Shown one piece after another: positions 32,998 through 44,635 of a stretch of DNA of 64,000 nt. Source of the DNA: a virus (taxonomy: Duplodnaviria; Caudoviricetes); the IMG/VR virus record IMGVR_UViG_2588253760_000001, positions 1-64,000 of that record. The stretch is one strand, 5' to 3'. Under the pieces are notes generated by a model. That model was given only the letters and a program-made list of their open reading frames with translations. It ran no database searches and was not told the origin of the DNA. The stretch's first letter is position 1; each line of letters begins with the position of its first letter. The position numbers were made by a program, and so were the translations under genes.

Positions 32998-33807
32998 TTA
33001 GGCAACAGAAGCCAAGGTTTTGGCTTTAATTTTCGCAAATAATCTACCAAGATGCGGTTCTTCAACCATATCAAGGCAGCCACTGCGATCTTTAGCAGGG
33101 TATCCCCAAGTATTAATAGTCTGACAGACAAATGAGCGAACCTCTGTGCCATCATCTTTCTTGATTCCAACCATGCTAATTACTTCATCAACTATCCCTG
33201 GAATCTCACTAGCAGTTTTTGCTCCTTCACATTGAGGCAGCCATGTTGGACGGTTGCTGTCATCAAGATATTGACCTAATGTGCCAACTATGATGATGTC
33301 TTTATCTCTGATATGTTGAAATTGATTGAGCCAAGCCATCATCTCTTGAGCAAGTAATCCATAGGCAGCTCTTTTATCTTCTCTTCCTGATCTATCTGAA
33401 AAAGCTTCAGGTTGCATCCTTGCCCATGAAAGACATAAACGTGATGCAACAGTTATGCTATCAATAAAAATAGAGCGGTATTTAGAAACCTCAGAAAGAA
33501 GATCTTTATACTTGCCAGATACATGTTCATAGTGCTTTTGACTATATGCTTGGTCAGATTTTAACGCAGGATTAGGACCACCTATGAGACATGCGATATC
33601 TCTTGCCTCATTCCAAGTACGAATACTTACAGAATCCCCTTGCCAATCTTGAACAGCTAAAAGTCCTGCTTCAAAATCGAGACAAAGTGTTGTTGATTCA
33701 TCGAGGGTTTTAAGTAGGCTAGTCTTGCCAATTCCATAAGGTCCAAAGATTACTATCTTCACACCTGTGACAATTTTCGCTCTTTCTTTGCTGTTTATTA
33801 TTTTCAT
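32998..33807 (-). CDS. Phage ATP-binding protein (AAA_24 / Sak4-like)
   Basis: GPYGIGKT, CLDFEAG, IFIDSIT, AKDRSG. Confidence 0.85.
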   Translation of the reverse strand: MKIINSKERAKIVTGVKIVIFGPYGIGKTSLLKTLDESTTLCLDFEAGLLAVQDWQGDSVSIRTWNEARDIACLIGGPNPALKSDQAYSQKHYEHVSGKYKDLLSEVSKYRSIFIDSITVASRLCLSWARMQPEAFSDRSGREDKRAAYGLLAQEMMAWLNQFQHIRDKDIIIVGTLGQYLDDSNRPTWLPQCEGAKTASEIPGIVDEVISMVGIKKDDGTEVRSFVCQTINTWGYPAKDRSGCLDMVEEPHLGRLFAKIKAKTLASVA

Positions 33808-33824
33808 ATTTTCCCTCCTTATAG

Positions 33825-34325
33825 TTAGAAATCTCGTTTTAGGTATGTTTTAAGGTGGGAAAACTCTTTGCGTAACTTGTTGATTGTGTCGTAGAGAGTT
33901 GATTTTGGTATACCAGTCCTTCTGGAAATTTCACAAATGCTGTGATCTTCTGCCAATAGTTTACATATTTTTCTTAACTCTCGAGGTAACTTTGCAATTG
34001 CTTCATTTACGTCAATGCGTACTGCGGAGGTATATTCAAGACTTTCATCGCTCTCTTCGTATAAAGCTTCATCAACAAAATTAATGGTACGTTTTTTACA
34101 TAGTTCTTTTTCTTTTAAATTGAGGGCACGGCATTTAACGTACTGTTTTATAAAATGCCCTTCAAGTTCATTAAGGCCAGGCAAACAGTCAAGTAAAAGA
34201 TCTTGCTCAATATCTTCAATCTCTTTATAAGCAAAAGCTTTTCCTCTCTTCAGAAGTTTAGCATAGTGTCGTATGTGTTTAACAACTTTTGGGTTAATAC
34301 CAGTATAGGAATTTTTAGAATGCAT
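33825..34325 (-). CDS. Phage sigma70-family (ECF-like) factor
   Basis: EDIEQDLLL region-2-like segment and region-4 HTH AIAKLP...SICEISRRTGIPKSTLY. Confidence 0.8.
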   Translation of the reverse strand: MHSKNSYTGINPKVVKHIRHYAKLLKRGKAFAYKEIEDIEQDLLLDCLPGLNELEGHFIKQYVKCRALNLKEKELCKKRTINFVDEALYEESDESLEYTSAVRIDVNEAIAKLPRELRKICKLLAEDHSICEISRRTGIPKSTLYDTINKLRKEFSHLKTYLKRDF

Positions 34326-34359
34326 ATTTTCTCCCTCTAATTAAGAAATGATTAAAGTG

Positions 34360-36418
34360 TTAATTGTGATAAACCCAAGTATTTGGATTTTCTACAGGAA
34401 TTACGCTGCCATAGTGTGGTGACTTGTAGTGTGTGGGTAGTAATCTGTGATAGACTGTAACCTTTTTGTTCTTCTCTGGATCAAATATTTTTTGCCCAAA
34501 TTCCATACCTTCAACGCAAAGTACTCCGTATTTGTTTCTTGCAGCGTTTTTGCCTTCTTTGTTGAATTTAACGTAGCCTTTGGTAGCAAGAACATCGAGA
34601 CGATCACGAATAGAATGTGTACTGCCGAGACCTTCTTTATTTTCAAATGCCTGACAAAACTGATTAATTGTATAAGCATGACCCTTACGTCCTTCTGCAC
34701 ATATTAAGTCCAAGATGATGTCATATCTGCGAGAACGTTCGGCATCTAGTTTTTCACCATAGTCTTTATTTATTAACCTTTGTGACTCAGCGTCAACTTC
34801 GTACCAATGACCATTAATTTTATCAACAAATTTTGGCATAACAGAATTTCCATTACGTAACTCAAACATCAGTTGACGATAGCTGTTCTTCTCATCAGGC
34901 CTAAACATGATCATTCCAGTGGTATAGAATCCTCGTAAGCTGCTAGCGCCACTAAAACTTTGAAATGGATCTTCTTCTAATAGTTTCTTTTGCATTTTCT
35001 TTGTATGGTGCACAAGAATAACTCCAGCATCTGGATTGATTAGAGAACGCAGTTTTTCAACTCTCTCCTGGAGAAAGAAAATCATGGCATTATTATCATT
35101 TTCGTTACCGTATTCATCAGCATCAAAAACGTTACGCAATGGATCTACCGCTATGATATCGATGGTGTTTAGGTCAAAGTTTCTTTCTGCTTCAGTTACG
35201 ATATCTTTAATGCTATTTTCATTTAAAAGCAGCTTAGTCTGTGGTGTAATAACTAAATTGTTTGCAGCAAGTTTAATAAGCTCTTCACTAAATTTCATCT
35301 GTTGCAGCCGTTCACGCATATAGTGGTAACCGATTTCAGTCTGAAGGTAGAAGATTCTTAAGGGCCTTTTTGGCACCATATCAAAAAAATGGAGTTCCAG
35401 ATGCCATATGAAAAAGCCAAGAAATAAGAAAGTCACTTTTTCCCACTTTAGGCGCACCAGCAAAAACTAAAAGACCACTGGGAGTTAAAACTCTAGGAGC
35501 AATTATGTCTTCTGGCATTGGTGATTTGTCATTTAGGTACTGCAATACAGGAAATGAAGTAACGTTTTTTGTATATGGGAGAGAAACAGTTGAGGTTAAA
35601 AATCTTTTTACGTCTACTCCTTCTTTAATACAATCAGCAGCATCCCAAGCTTTTGGTTTATCTTGTGGAATTTTAAGAATAGAAAGCGATGCAACGCCTA
35701 TATCTAAAAGCTTCTTTGCAACATTTTCAGCATATTTCTGACCTGAACTATCGTTGTCTGGCCATATGGTTATGTGTTTACCTTTGAGTGGAGCCCAATC
35801 TGTTTTATTTACAGGTGAATTTGCTCCAAACATCATTGTTGTGGCTGTTATGCCCTTACTGATTAAACTTTCAGCACATTTTTCACCTTCAACGAAAACA
35901 ATTTTATCGGATTTAATTATACCTGGAACATTGTACAAAGGCCTTGGATCTGGAGCAGTACTACTTGAGTTTTTTACATCAAAACAGCTATATCGTTTTT
36001 TCCCTGAAGTGCTATCATAACGGTAAATTTTAGCTATTACTTGATTATTTTCATCATGATAGTCCCAACATGCTATTAAATGTTCTGAAAATTCTTCTTT
36101 ATGGTTTGTTGAGTGACCAAGCCATTTTTCTATATCTTCTATGGTATCAAGAAACTTAGTCTGACTAGTAACATCCCACCAGAGATTAAGTATATCTCCG
36201 CCTTCACCAGTAGCAAAATCGTGCCATAATCCGGCTCTTTCTCCTCTTGTTTCTACTACTAAACTTTTCCCTTTATCTCCTCTAATATTACCAACATAGA
36301 ACTTACCACCGTGGAAAGTACCATTTGGTAATAAGTAGGATAAAGATGATTCTATTCTTGAGAGTAGTTCTGCTTTTACTTCTGCTGCTCTTTCAAATAA
36401 AGCTTGCTTGTCATGCAT
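34360..36418 (-). pseudogene. Phage primase/helicase, second copy, frameshifted at a T7 run (35383-35389)
   Basis: ORFs 35381-36418 and 34360-35463 together are colinear with 6690-8765; removing one T restores PFFDMVPKRP. Confidence 0.88.
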
Positions 36419-38180
36419 ATTGTTTTCTCCTGTTAAAATAAGCTATGTTTATTGACAAAATGTCTCTGCTACATAGCTCATGATGATGTTCTTAAAGGCT
36501 GGTAATTTAAAATACAGTCATAAATGGGTAGAGAGATGTCTCTGTACCTTTTACTATAGTAATACCGGATTTCTCATAGGTTTTTCCGGAAGAGTGGAGA
36601 AATTTTTTTCAAGCATAAGTTGACACTGTCCATATTTACCCCAAATATTTACAATTCAGAAGACCAGGTCTGCTAGGTCTTACTATAGTAAGTTCAACAA
36701 AATTACAAAAACTGTTCACTTTTTAGAAAATTTTGCACAACTCCGTTCTCTTATCTTTCATATGCCCCTGTAGTATATATACACGTTCAATTTCAAATTC
36801 GTCCGAAAAACTACAAAAATATATAGGCAACACTAAAAACCTCAAAGTTCTCTTCTGTAGAGGTAAATGGTGGTATTGAAAATTTAACTCTGCTCTCAAC
36901 TTACACTCCTCAAAAAAATTACAAAATTTAATTTCATTTTAACTTTAAACAAAAAGGCCGCCTATAAGTTGCGTCTGCATTATGTTGCAAAATATACTAT
37001 ACTTTGCTTATGAGAATAACCAAATAAGCCATCCTTTCTTCTCCTCCATAACAGATATATACTGTAAATGTGGTTTGAAATATGATTTGCTCTAAAATTT
37101 TTTTCATTACGATTTTGCTATTAAACTTTAATAGAGCTTAACGTGTTTACAATATACTCAGGGGAGAGTCTATAAGAAGTAGCCACAAAACGCTATATTG
37201 GTAAAGGTATTCATAATAATTATTTGTGAATTAAGTACTTTAGATTCGAGATTACATAGATTTTTGGCAGTTTAAGCCATTTTAGATTGGAAAATGAAAT
37301 CTCCTAAAAGGAAAAAACCCGCCTATATTAAAGGGTTAAGAGTAATTTAAGTTTGAAATTCAAAAAAACTTCTTAATTGCTTTAAAAGCTAGGATTATAG
37401 CGGGTTTTTGAGTGTAGCCCAGTTTCAGGTAAAACCTTATATATTATATATATAATAAATAATAATATATAATAATAGAACATATAGGATATGTACCTTT
37501 CATAATACCTACCTAAATATTATTAACGCGCTTAAGTGTTTAATTTATTACTTTTTTAATTTTTAAATAACAAGTTAAGCAAAAAAAAACATGAACTGTA
37601 ATAAGTTTATTATAATATAAACCTTAAGAGAAGTTCCGCGGTGCTCAACTGAAATGGTTTTCAAAAAGGCTAATATACCGTCCATTTAAATTTTTAACCG
37701 AAATATAAAAGTCATTTAAAAAATAAACTCAAGTGGCAACTAACCGGTTTTTTAAAGTCACCTATAACCTACTCTAACTACTTACGCATACAGGTGGACC
37801 AGCTGCATTTCATGATATTAGTAGACATAAACCTAGTTATTGTAAGATAGTCAAAGGCATCACTCAAAGGAAGATAAATGTGTGGCCTATTCTTCAAAGT
37901 AAGGTTTTAAGGAATAAGAAGCTGTTCTTAGTTTTGTGATTTCCAGTAAAATTGAAAAATTAGGAACAAAAACATACTATACTTAACTCACTGAATTTCT
38001 ATGCTTTTAGCCACTTAGTGTATTACTTTTCTATTTTCAAAAGACTTAATGAATCAGATCGCCCTAAATAAAAATACAACACAGAGACAAAAATATGAAA
38101 AACCTGCTATTGCATTTTGGATAACCTAAAAAAAGATGAAAGACAAATGCTTACAAAAAACAAGATGGCTAATAATATCG

Positions 38181-38418
38181 TTTTAAAAAGATTCTACGAC
38201 TCCAGGGTACAATTATACTACTAAGACCTAAGTTACTTATGTAAGGTAGCTTAAAACTCGATTATGAGGCATTTCTAAATTATCCTTTACCTTAAACTTT
38301 TACTTACTACAAAAAGCCTCACTTTATTTTATCATGTTTTTTATTTGTTGTAAAATATTTTTTCAAAAAAGTGAACAGCTTTTGTAATTTAGGTAAATAT
38401 ATATAACAAGAGCTGGTT
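38181..38418 (+). repeat. Phage intergenic block homologous to 10661-10890
   Basis: See 10661-10890; this copy has no IS66, so it represents the empty site. Confidence 0.85.
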
Positions 38419-38498
38419 ATAAAGATTTATGTTTTCACTAGGGTGGTTCACCCCTTGAAATTAAAACAAAAGCAAGATGTCAAACACAGATAGCTCAA

Positions 38499-39518
38499 CT
38501 ACAAGCTGGTTTTTGTTGTAGTTATTTTCTCACTTTCTTTACTTGCTTTAATCAATTCATCAAAGTCAGATTCATGTAATTTATCTTGTATAACTCTGTA
38601 CTTTTCGTATTCTCCTTCAGCTAGAGCTTTTGCAACTTCAGCACTAACTTTACCAGCATCTTTAAGTACTTCATAATCATTGAACAATAGAAATGCATCC
38701 AACTTTTCAACCCAATTCTGCATTTTCATTAGCCGATGCTTTCTTGCTTGAAGTTCTGCATAATCTAGATACATCGAAACAATATGATTTAGTTCACTCA
38801 ACTCTTCCTTAGTCAAATAGTTTTTCGCAGTACTGACATCACTCTTATGAATTTTGTTACCTGGACCATCTTTCCATGTAGTTAGCCCCATATGCAGCTT
38901 TTTGTGGTCAGCTCGTGAACATATCAACTCTGCTGCAGTTAAGCCATAAATTGCCCAATATAATTTATTTTGTACTTTTGCGTAAAACTGTTTTGTTATT
39001 TCTGAATTTGGATCATAGTCTGCAGAGCATTCAGCATAAATGTCGGTAATCTTCTGGTAAAACCTACGTTCGGATGCTCGTATTTCCCTGATTTTTTCAA
39101 GTAATTCATTGAAGTAGTCTTTGCCAAACTTTGGGCCGTTTTTTAGCCGTTCGCTATCTAATGCAAATCCTTTGATGATAAAATCTCTCAAAATTTTTGT
39201 AGCCCATACTCTGAAAGATGTAGCCTTTTTAGAATTAACTCGATAACCAACAGCTATGATTGTATCTACATTGTAAAATTGCGTCGGGTAATTTTTACCA
39301 TCTGCAGCAGTGACATCAAAAGTGGAAATAACTTCTTTTTCCTGTAATTCACCAGACTCAAATATGTTTTTAATATGCTTACTAATAGCCGGCAACTGAA
39401 CATCAAACAATTCAGCCATCTTTTTCTGTGTAAGCCAAAGATTTTCATTTCTGCATAAAACTTCAATTTCTATATTTCCACCTGGAGTAGTATAAAATAT
39501 GATCTTACTTTCATCCAT
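38499..39518 (-). CDS. RhuM-family (virulence protein RhuM) DNA-binding protein
   Basis: LWLTQKKMAELF, IIAVGYRVNS, FRVWAT, REIRASERRFYQK, QNKL, MGLTTW, AKNYL. Confidence 0.9.
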   Translation of the reverse strand: MDESKIIFYTTPGGNIEIEVLCRNENLWLTQKKMAELFDVQLPAISKHIKNIFESGELQEKEVISTFDVTAADGKNYPTQFYNVDTIIAVGYRVNSKKATSFRVWATKILRDFIIKGFALDSERLKNGPKFGKDYFNELLEKIREIRASERRFYQKITDIYAECSADYDPNSEITKQFYAKVQNKLYWAIYGLTAAELICSRADHKKLHMGLTTWKDGPGNKIHKSDVSTAKNYLTKEELSELNHIVSMYLDYAELQARKHRLMKMQNWVEKLDAFLLFNDYEVLKDAGKVSAEVAKALAEGEYEKYRVIQDKLHESDFDELIKASKESEKITTTKTSL

Positions 39519-39986
39519 TACCTACCTCCACTTTATAAGTAAACTGTTGCTGAAGAAACATATGTGAGCCACTTTTAATAAAGGTAAAGTTCTATATAGC
39601 ACTTGTAGGAAAGAGCTGCTTTTCATTATAACCAATTAACTGCCTCTACTGCAACTTAATTCTTTAAAATATTTTAAAGGGCTATTATAGCGTTATCTCT
39701 GATTTAGATAGGGGAGACGATATGTTTTGCCAAAATCTCATGTAATCTCTTCTAAACCCAAATAAACAGTTATTTCCAAAATGGAAACAACTCAAATAGC
39801 GAAGAAGCTGCTGTAAAAGATATAGCTGATTTTCAAAGCTCTTTAATTCCTTAGCTGTCTTAAAATTATTTTAACTTTTTTTGAAAAAATCCCGGAAAAA
39901 GTAGTAAGAAATCCGGTATATATATAATAGAAGGGCATTGTTTCAACGAGGTTAGTTTACCTCTACGCGCTTCAAACATAAAGAAA

Positions 39987-40400
39987 ATGTCAATCCTAAC
40001 ACTTGATCTCGGCAAACAAACGGGCTGGGCAATTCTTACAGATGGAGTAATTGAAAGTGGCAGTGAGAGTTTTCATACTAGTCGTTTTAGTGGAGGTGGC
40101 ATGTGCTTCTTAAATTTTCGTAATTGGCTTAATTCTTTGAAAGAGATTTCTGTAGTGTATTTTGAGGAAGTAAGAAGACATCTAGGAACTGATGCAGCGC
40201 ATTGCTACGGTGGTTTTCTTGCCGTTCTATCTGCTTGGTGTGAAGAACATCATGTGCCGTACAAAGGTGTTAATGTTAAAACTATCAAACGCTTTATAGC
40301 TGGTAATGGTAACGCAAGTAAGAGTGAAGTTATTGAAGCGATACGTGAAAAAGGTTTTTTACCTAGAGATGATAATGAGGCCGGTTTCTCGATGATTTAG
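39987..40400 (+). CDS. RuvC-like Holliday junction resolvase, last helix lost by deletion
   Basis: ILTLDLG, YFEEV, GNGNASK, DDNEA; the sequence switches to MTase at ~40382. Confidence 0.8.
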   Translation: MSILTLDLGKQTGWAILTDGVIESGSESFHTSRFSGGGMCFLNFRNWLNSLKEISVVYFEEVRRHLGTDAAHCYGGFLAVLSAWCEEHHVPYKGVNVKTIKRFIAGNGNASKSEVIEAIREKGFLPRDDNEAGFSMI

Positions 40401-41218
40401 ATGGTGAAGAAGAAGATCTTTCTGACTTAGTTGTTGATGACAAAAAAGTAGAAATAACAAAACCAGCTGATCTATGGATTTTAGGTGATCATCGAATCTA
40501 TTGTGGTGATAGCTCTGTAGTTGAATCATATAAAGCGCTGTTAGATGATAAAATGGCAGACATTACTGTTTGTGATCCTCCATATAACGTTGATTATGGT
40601 AGCAGTCAAGAAAGAGAGGATAAAAAGATACTAAACGATAATCAAGGTGAAAAGTATGAGCTTTTTCTCTATGATATTTGTACTCATATTTTAGCATATA
40701 CTAAAGGTGCAATTTACATCTGTGCATCATCATCAGAGTTTTCAACGTTGCAAAAAGCATTTGAGGAAGCGGGAGGAAAATGGTCAACTTTTATCATTTG
40801 GGCGAAGAATCACTTTACGCTAGGAAGATCAGATTATCAAAGACAATACGAAGCAATGCTTTATGGATGGAAAAGCGGCAATAAACGTGAGTGGCATGGC
40901 GGTAGAAATCAAAGTGATCTGTGGTTTTATGATAAGCCAATACATAACTCACTGCACCCAACAATGAAGCCAGTAGAGCTAATGGAGAGAGCAATAGTAA
41001 ACAGCAGCAGATCAGGAGACATAGTACTTGATCCATTTAGCGGTTCTGGAAGTACACTGATTGCATGTGAGAGAACAGGAAGAATTTGTAGGACAATAGA
41101 GCTAGATTCAAAATTTGTAGATGTAACCATAAAACGTTGGCAAGTGTACACAGGTAGGGAAGCAATTCTTTCTGGTGCTGGTAAAACTTTTTCAGAGATT
41201 CAAGAAGAAAAACAGTAA
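40383..41218 (+). pseudogene. Phage adenine DNA methyltransferase lacking its N-terminal (ParB-like) part
   Basis: The frame upstream of ATG 40553 reads DLWILGDHRIYCGDS; DPPY, HPTMKP and DPFSGSGST are intact. Confidence 0.85.
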
Positions 41219-41249
41219 GAAAAAAGTGGAAAAGATAACGCAAACAGAA
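41137..41249 (+). repeat. Degenerate direct repeat (MTase 3' end + start of next gene), left copy
   Basis: TTGGCAAGT...ACAGGTAGGGAA...TTTCAGAGA-TCAAGAAGAAAA...CAAACAGAA recurs at 43312-43424. Confidence 0.8.
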
Positions 41250-41351
41250 ATTTAGTAAGCCTTGGTAGTTGTAATATTAATTTACTGGTATATACCGTAT
41301 TTTAATGAGTTTAGCGTAACAAATAACTTTGGATTAAATGTGGTGTACTTA

Positions 41352-43235
41352 ATGAATCAAGAAAAGACGTTAGCTGGAGTAGTAACGTCGCAAACAAATA
41401 ATGAAGCATCGTTTTCTGAAGAAGTAGAAAATAATGTTTCAAATTCTACACTCTCTGTTAAGGAGAGAATTGAATTGTTTGAAAAAGGTACGAAGCAAGA
41501 ACCTGACCTGAACACTGAATGCAAACTAGCTTCTTTAAATGTGATTAGCAATAGTAGTGATAGCAGTATTACAGCAAAAATAGACGAAGCAGGTGCTGAT
41601 TTTTCAGTGAGTTGTTCTTCTTTAGTATTTGATGATGGTAAAGACATAGAGGACGAATTTAATGCAGTTTGTGAGGCAAATGGAATAGAATATAACCGTC
41701 CGTATTCTCTTGATCAGCTTGAGGCAGCATCCAACACATCTTCCAACCCCAAAATAGACAATACAAAAGAAATGCAAAAAGAGGAAGAGGATAAAGAATT
41801 AGGAGATAAACCAAAGCCGTTACCTAGGAATGGAATGTTGGAGAAGGACAATATTAGAAATGTAGCTCCACCTTCACCTAGAACAGCAGAAAATCATCGG
41901 TTGAGTATTATTCAGGATATTGCACCACCAAAGCTACCACATTCTTCTTTCCAATTAAATGGAGAAAAATGTGATGAGCAAGAAGCTATAGGAGAACCTA
42001 TGTATGCAACTATAGACAAAAATAAAAAATTCTCGAAAAGAGGTTTAGATGGTGAAATAAACGATCAAAGTCCGGAGATGGAAAAGTCAAATTCTGAAGA
42101 AACATCAATTAAGAAAGGATCAATTGATGAACCTGTAGATCTGAATACAAAATTTTTAAAAAAGAGTTTGGAAGGAAGTGATAGTGGAATAGACAATAGA
42201 AGTGCAGAGATGACAAGATCAAATTCTCAAGTAACAGAAATGAGTGAGTTTTGTGGCAATCAAGGATGGGAGAATATGTCATTAAATCATGATAGTCCAG
42301 TTACACTTTCAACTAGCTCATCAGAAAAAAGTGATAATGAAGAAACCCCGTTAATTAAAAAAGAAAAGAAAACAAATAGAATTTTGCCAAGAGTAAAATA
42401 TGCAGTGCAGCAGAAGGAATTTGTAATTTTCGGTATAGCTGCTGTTGCACTTAGCGCTTCTGCAGCTTTGGTATATCTACAGGATAAAGGACAATTTATT
42501 GCATTTTTTGCAAACAGCCCTCTCTATATTACTATGCCAATGATAGCAATTACTTCATTGCTTGCAATTAGCACAATATTTTGTGGAATAAAGCAATTTA
42601 GAGATACTGAAGAGTGTCAAATAGGAGGAAAGAATGCGAATGAAACTTTGAATCAGGTGCTAAAGTATCAACCAAAAGATAAAGTAATAAAATCATTCAA
42701 ACTTGAATACAGCAATGGTACTCATTCACATTTTACACTTAACGCTTGGAAGGGTAAGAACAACTTCATTAATATTGACGACAAAGTCATTAGTAGAAGA
42801 AATAAAGTAGAATCAGTAATCAAAGATAGGCCATTATTTACAGCATTATTAAGCAGTTTGGTTGCTGCAAATATAGTATTGCCTTTATTACTGTATGTAG
42901 AAGGTGGTATTCATAGTGTACAGAAGTTTTACCAGAACGCTTTGATTAATAACGTAGGGCTATCAGTACTTGTAGGCTCGAGTATACTTGCACTATCAGT
43001 GATATTCCTTGGAGTACATTACTACAGAAAAACAAATTGCACAAATCTTGTATATTGTGAGGAAAGAATTGAACCAGAAAAAGTTAATGGAAAGTTCATT
43101 GAGGAAACAAAGGAAGCAAGGACAAAAGTGCTTGAAGAAAACCATAGTAAAGATGCTAAATGCAGCAGTTTAACGCTAGAGCAAGTAGTGGTTGAATCTC
43201 ATAACTACAAAGATGTAATTTATAGTATTAGTTGA
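41352..43235 (+). CDS. Membrane-anchored effector-like moron with a disordered N-terminus
   Basis: ORF called from 41262; ATG 41352 is more plausible. Acidic/Pro-rich N-half and four hydrophobic helices in two hairpins. Confidence 0.8.
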   Translation: MNQEKTLAGVVTSQTNNEASFSEEVENNVSNSTLSVKERIELFEKGTKQEPDLNTECKLASLNVISNSSDSSITAKIDEAGADFSVSCSSLVFDDGKDIEDEFNAVCEANGIEYNRPYSLDQLEAASNTSSNPKIDNTKEMQKEEEDKELGDKPKPLPRNGMLEKDNIRNVAPPSPRTAENHRLSIIQDIAPPKLPHSSFQLNGEKCDEQEAIGEPMYATIDKNKKFSKRGLDGEINDQSPEMEKSNSEETSIKKGSIDEPVDLNTKFLKKSLEGSDSGIDNRSAEMTRSNSQVTEMSEFCGNQGWENMSLNHDSPVTLSTSSSEKSDNEETPLIKKEKKTNRILPRVKYAVQQKEFVIFGIAAVALSASAALVYLQDKGQFIAFFANSPLYITMPMIAITSLLAISTIFCGIKQFRDTEECQIGGKNANETLNQVLKYQPKDKVIKSFKLEYSNGTHSHFTLNAWKGKNNFINIDDKVISRRNKVESVIKDRPLFTALLSSLVAANIVLPLLLYVEGGIHSVQKFYQNALINNVGLSVLVGSSILALSVIFLGVHYYRKTNCTNLVYCEERIEPEKVNGKFIEETKEARTKVLEENHSKDAKCSSLTLEQVVVESHNYKDVIYSIS

Positions 43236-43311
43236 AAATAGCCAAATTTCACTATGTAAAAAGAAAGCACCGGAGTATTTTGCTTTGTGTTAGTAAAATA
43301 TCTCTGAAATA

Positions 43312-43424
43312 TTGGCAAGTATAAACAGGTAGGGAATTGCTGATACTGGCAAAACCTTTTCAGAGACTCAAGAAGAAAACTCGTAAAAAATAGGCAAAAA
43401 AAAGTGAAAATCACACAAACAGAA
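43312..43424 (+). repeat. Degenerate direct repeat, right copy
   Basis: Matches 41137-41249 with a short deletion and substitutions. Confidence 0.8.
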
Positions 43425-43871
43425 TGGGCAAGAGAGATAGGAGTATCAAAGCAATATGTCTGTTATTTAGTAAAAAAAGGAATAGTTGAGCTGGAGGATG
43501 GACTCATTGACCGAGAACAAGCAAACAGGGCTATAGAAACAATAAGAGATCCAAGTCAACCACTGAGAAGAAAAAACTATTCAGAAAGCGGAGAAAAACT
43601 TTCTACGATGTTGCTAAAAACTAGAATAAAAAATGAAATGGAACGTGGCAAATTGCTTGAGGCAAAAGCTAAGGCTGAGATAGGAGAACTTGTAGCAGTA
43701 GAAGAAGTAAAAAGTGAGGCATTTAATGTAGCAAGGAACAGAGGTCTTTCAATTGAAAAGATTCGATCAACAGAGGCAGGGCTATATTTTGGGGAGAAAG
43801 CAGTAGAAATAGGCCTTGCAGACGGAATGACAATTCTTTCATCTATTAATAAAATAGGAGTATTACTATGA
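43404..43871 (+). pseudogene. Chimera: putative terminase small subunit N-part fused to the C-part of the S49 capsid protease (minor capsid C)
   Basis: HTH ITQTEWAREIGVSKQYV...GELV..EAFNVAR, then NRGLSIEKIRSTEAGLYFGEKAVEIGLADG (S49 tail). Confidence 0.75.
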
Positions 43872-44146
43872 ATGAACAAACTACAAATGACCTAGAAACT
43901 GATAATTTAACCAAGTATCGTACTGAAGTTCTTGAATTAATACGTTTATGTAATTTATCGAAGATGCCAGAAAAGATAGGAGAATTTATTGAGCAAAGTG
44001 TAAGTGTTGAGCAAGCAAGGGAGGTTTTAATGGAATTACTTGCAGAGCGAACGAAAAAGACAGAGATACTGAGTGCAATACCACAGAATTCAGGAGAAGA
44101 GTTGATGATGCAGGTAGCGAAAAGTCGTGCGCAATCAAACATTTAA
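43868..44146 (+). CDS. Scaffold-like C-terminal portion of the capsid protease gene
   Basis: Lies between the S49 tail and head decoration gene; helical, IEQSVSVEQAR. Confidence 0.55.
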   Translation: MNEQTTNDLETDNLTKYRTEVLELIRLCNLSKMPEKIGEFIEQSVSVEQAREVLMELLAERTKKTEILSAIPQNSGEELMMQVAKSRAQSNI

Positions 44147-44220
44147 AGTATGTGTATAACCGCCGTGTATAACAACCACAAATATGGCGGTAAAAAAATA
44201 AAAAAAGGAGAGAAAAAGAC

Positions 44221-44592
44221 ATGATAAGTATAACTGAAGGAAATAATTTAGGAGATCTTCTGAAATATGAAGTGTCCAACTTATATTCAAGAGATCAGAT
44301 AACAGTAGCCAAGGGACAAAATCTAAAGCTGGGAACAGTAGTTGGTTATGATACTAAAGATGGTTTTATTAAAGCTTTAAATCCAACTGCCACAGATGGT
44401 ACACAAACGGCGATAGGAGTGATAGCAAGCGATGTAAACGCAAAGGAAAATAGTAAAGGAGTAATTATTGCTCGTGGTGCCATGCTAGCTGATCATGCAG
44501 TTGTGTGGCCAGCAAATATTACTGAAGAACAGAAAGCTACAGCAATAAAGCAACTTGAAGGACGAGGAATCATTATCCGTAAAGCGGCCTAA
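44221..44592 (+). CDS. Head decoration protein (lambda gpD-like)
   Basis: SRDQITV, GTVVG, DGTQTAIGV, LEGRGI; precedes the major capsid gene. Confidence 0.85.
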   Translation: MISITEGNNLGDLLKYEVSNLYSRDQITVAKGQNLKLGTVVGYDTKDGFIKALNPTATDGTQTAIGVIASDVNAKENSKGVIIARGAMLADHAVVWPANITEEQKATAIKQLEGRGIIIRKAA

Positions 44593-44635
44593 AGCTATAT
44601 TAAACAATAAAAAACACAAAGGGGGAAAAGAAAAA

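Noticed and set aside
38499-39518. RhuM as part of a Fic/toxin-antitoxin pair
   Set aside because: No Fic motif and no adjacent partner ORF.
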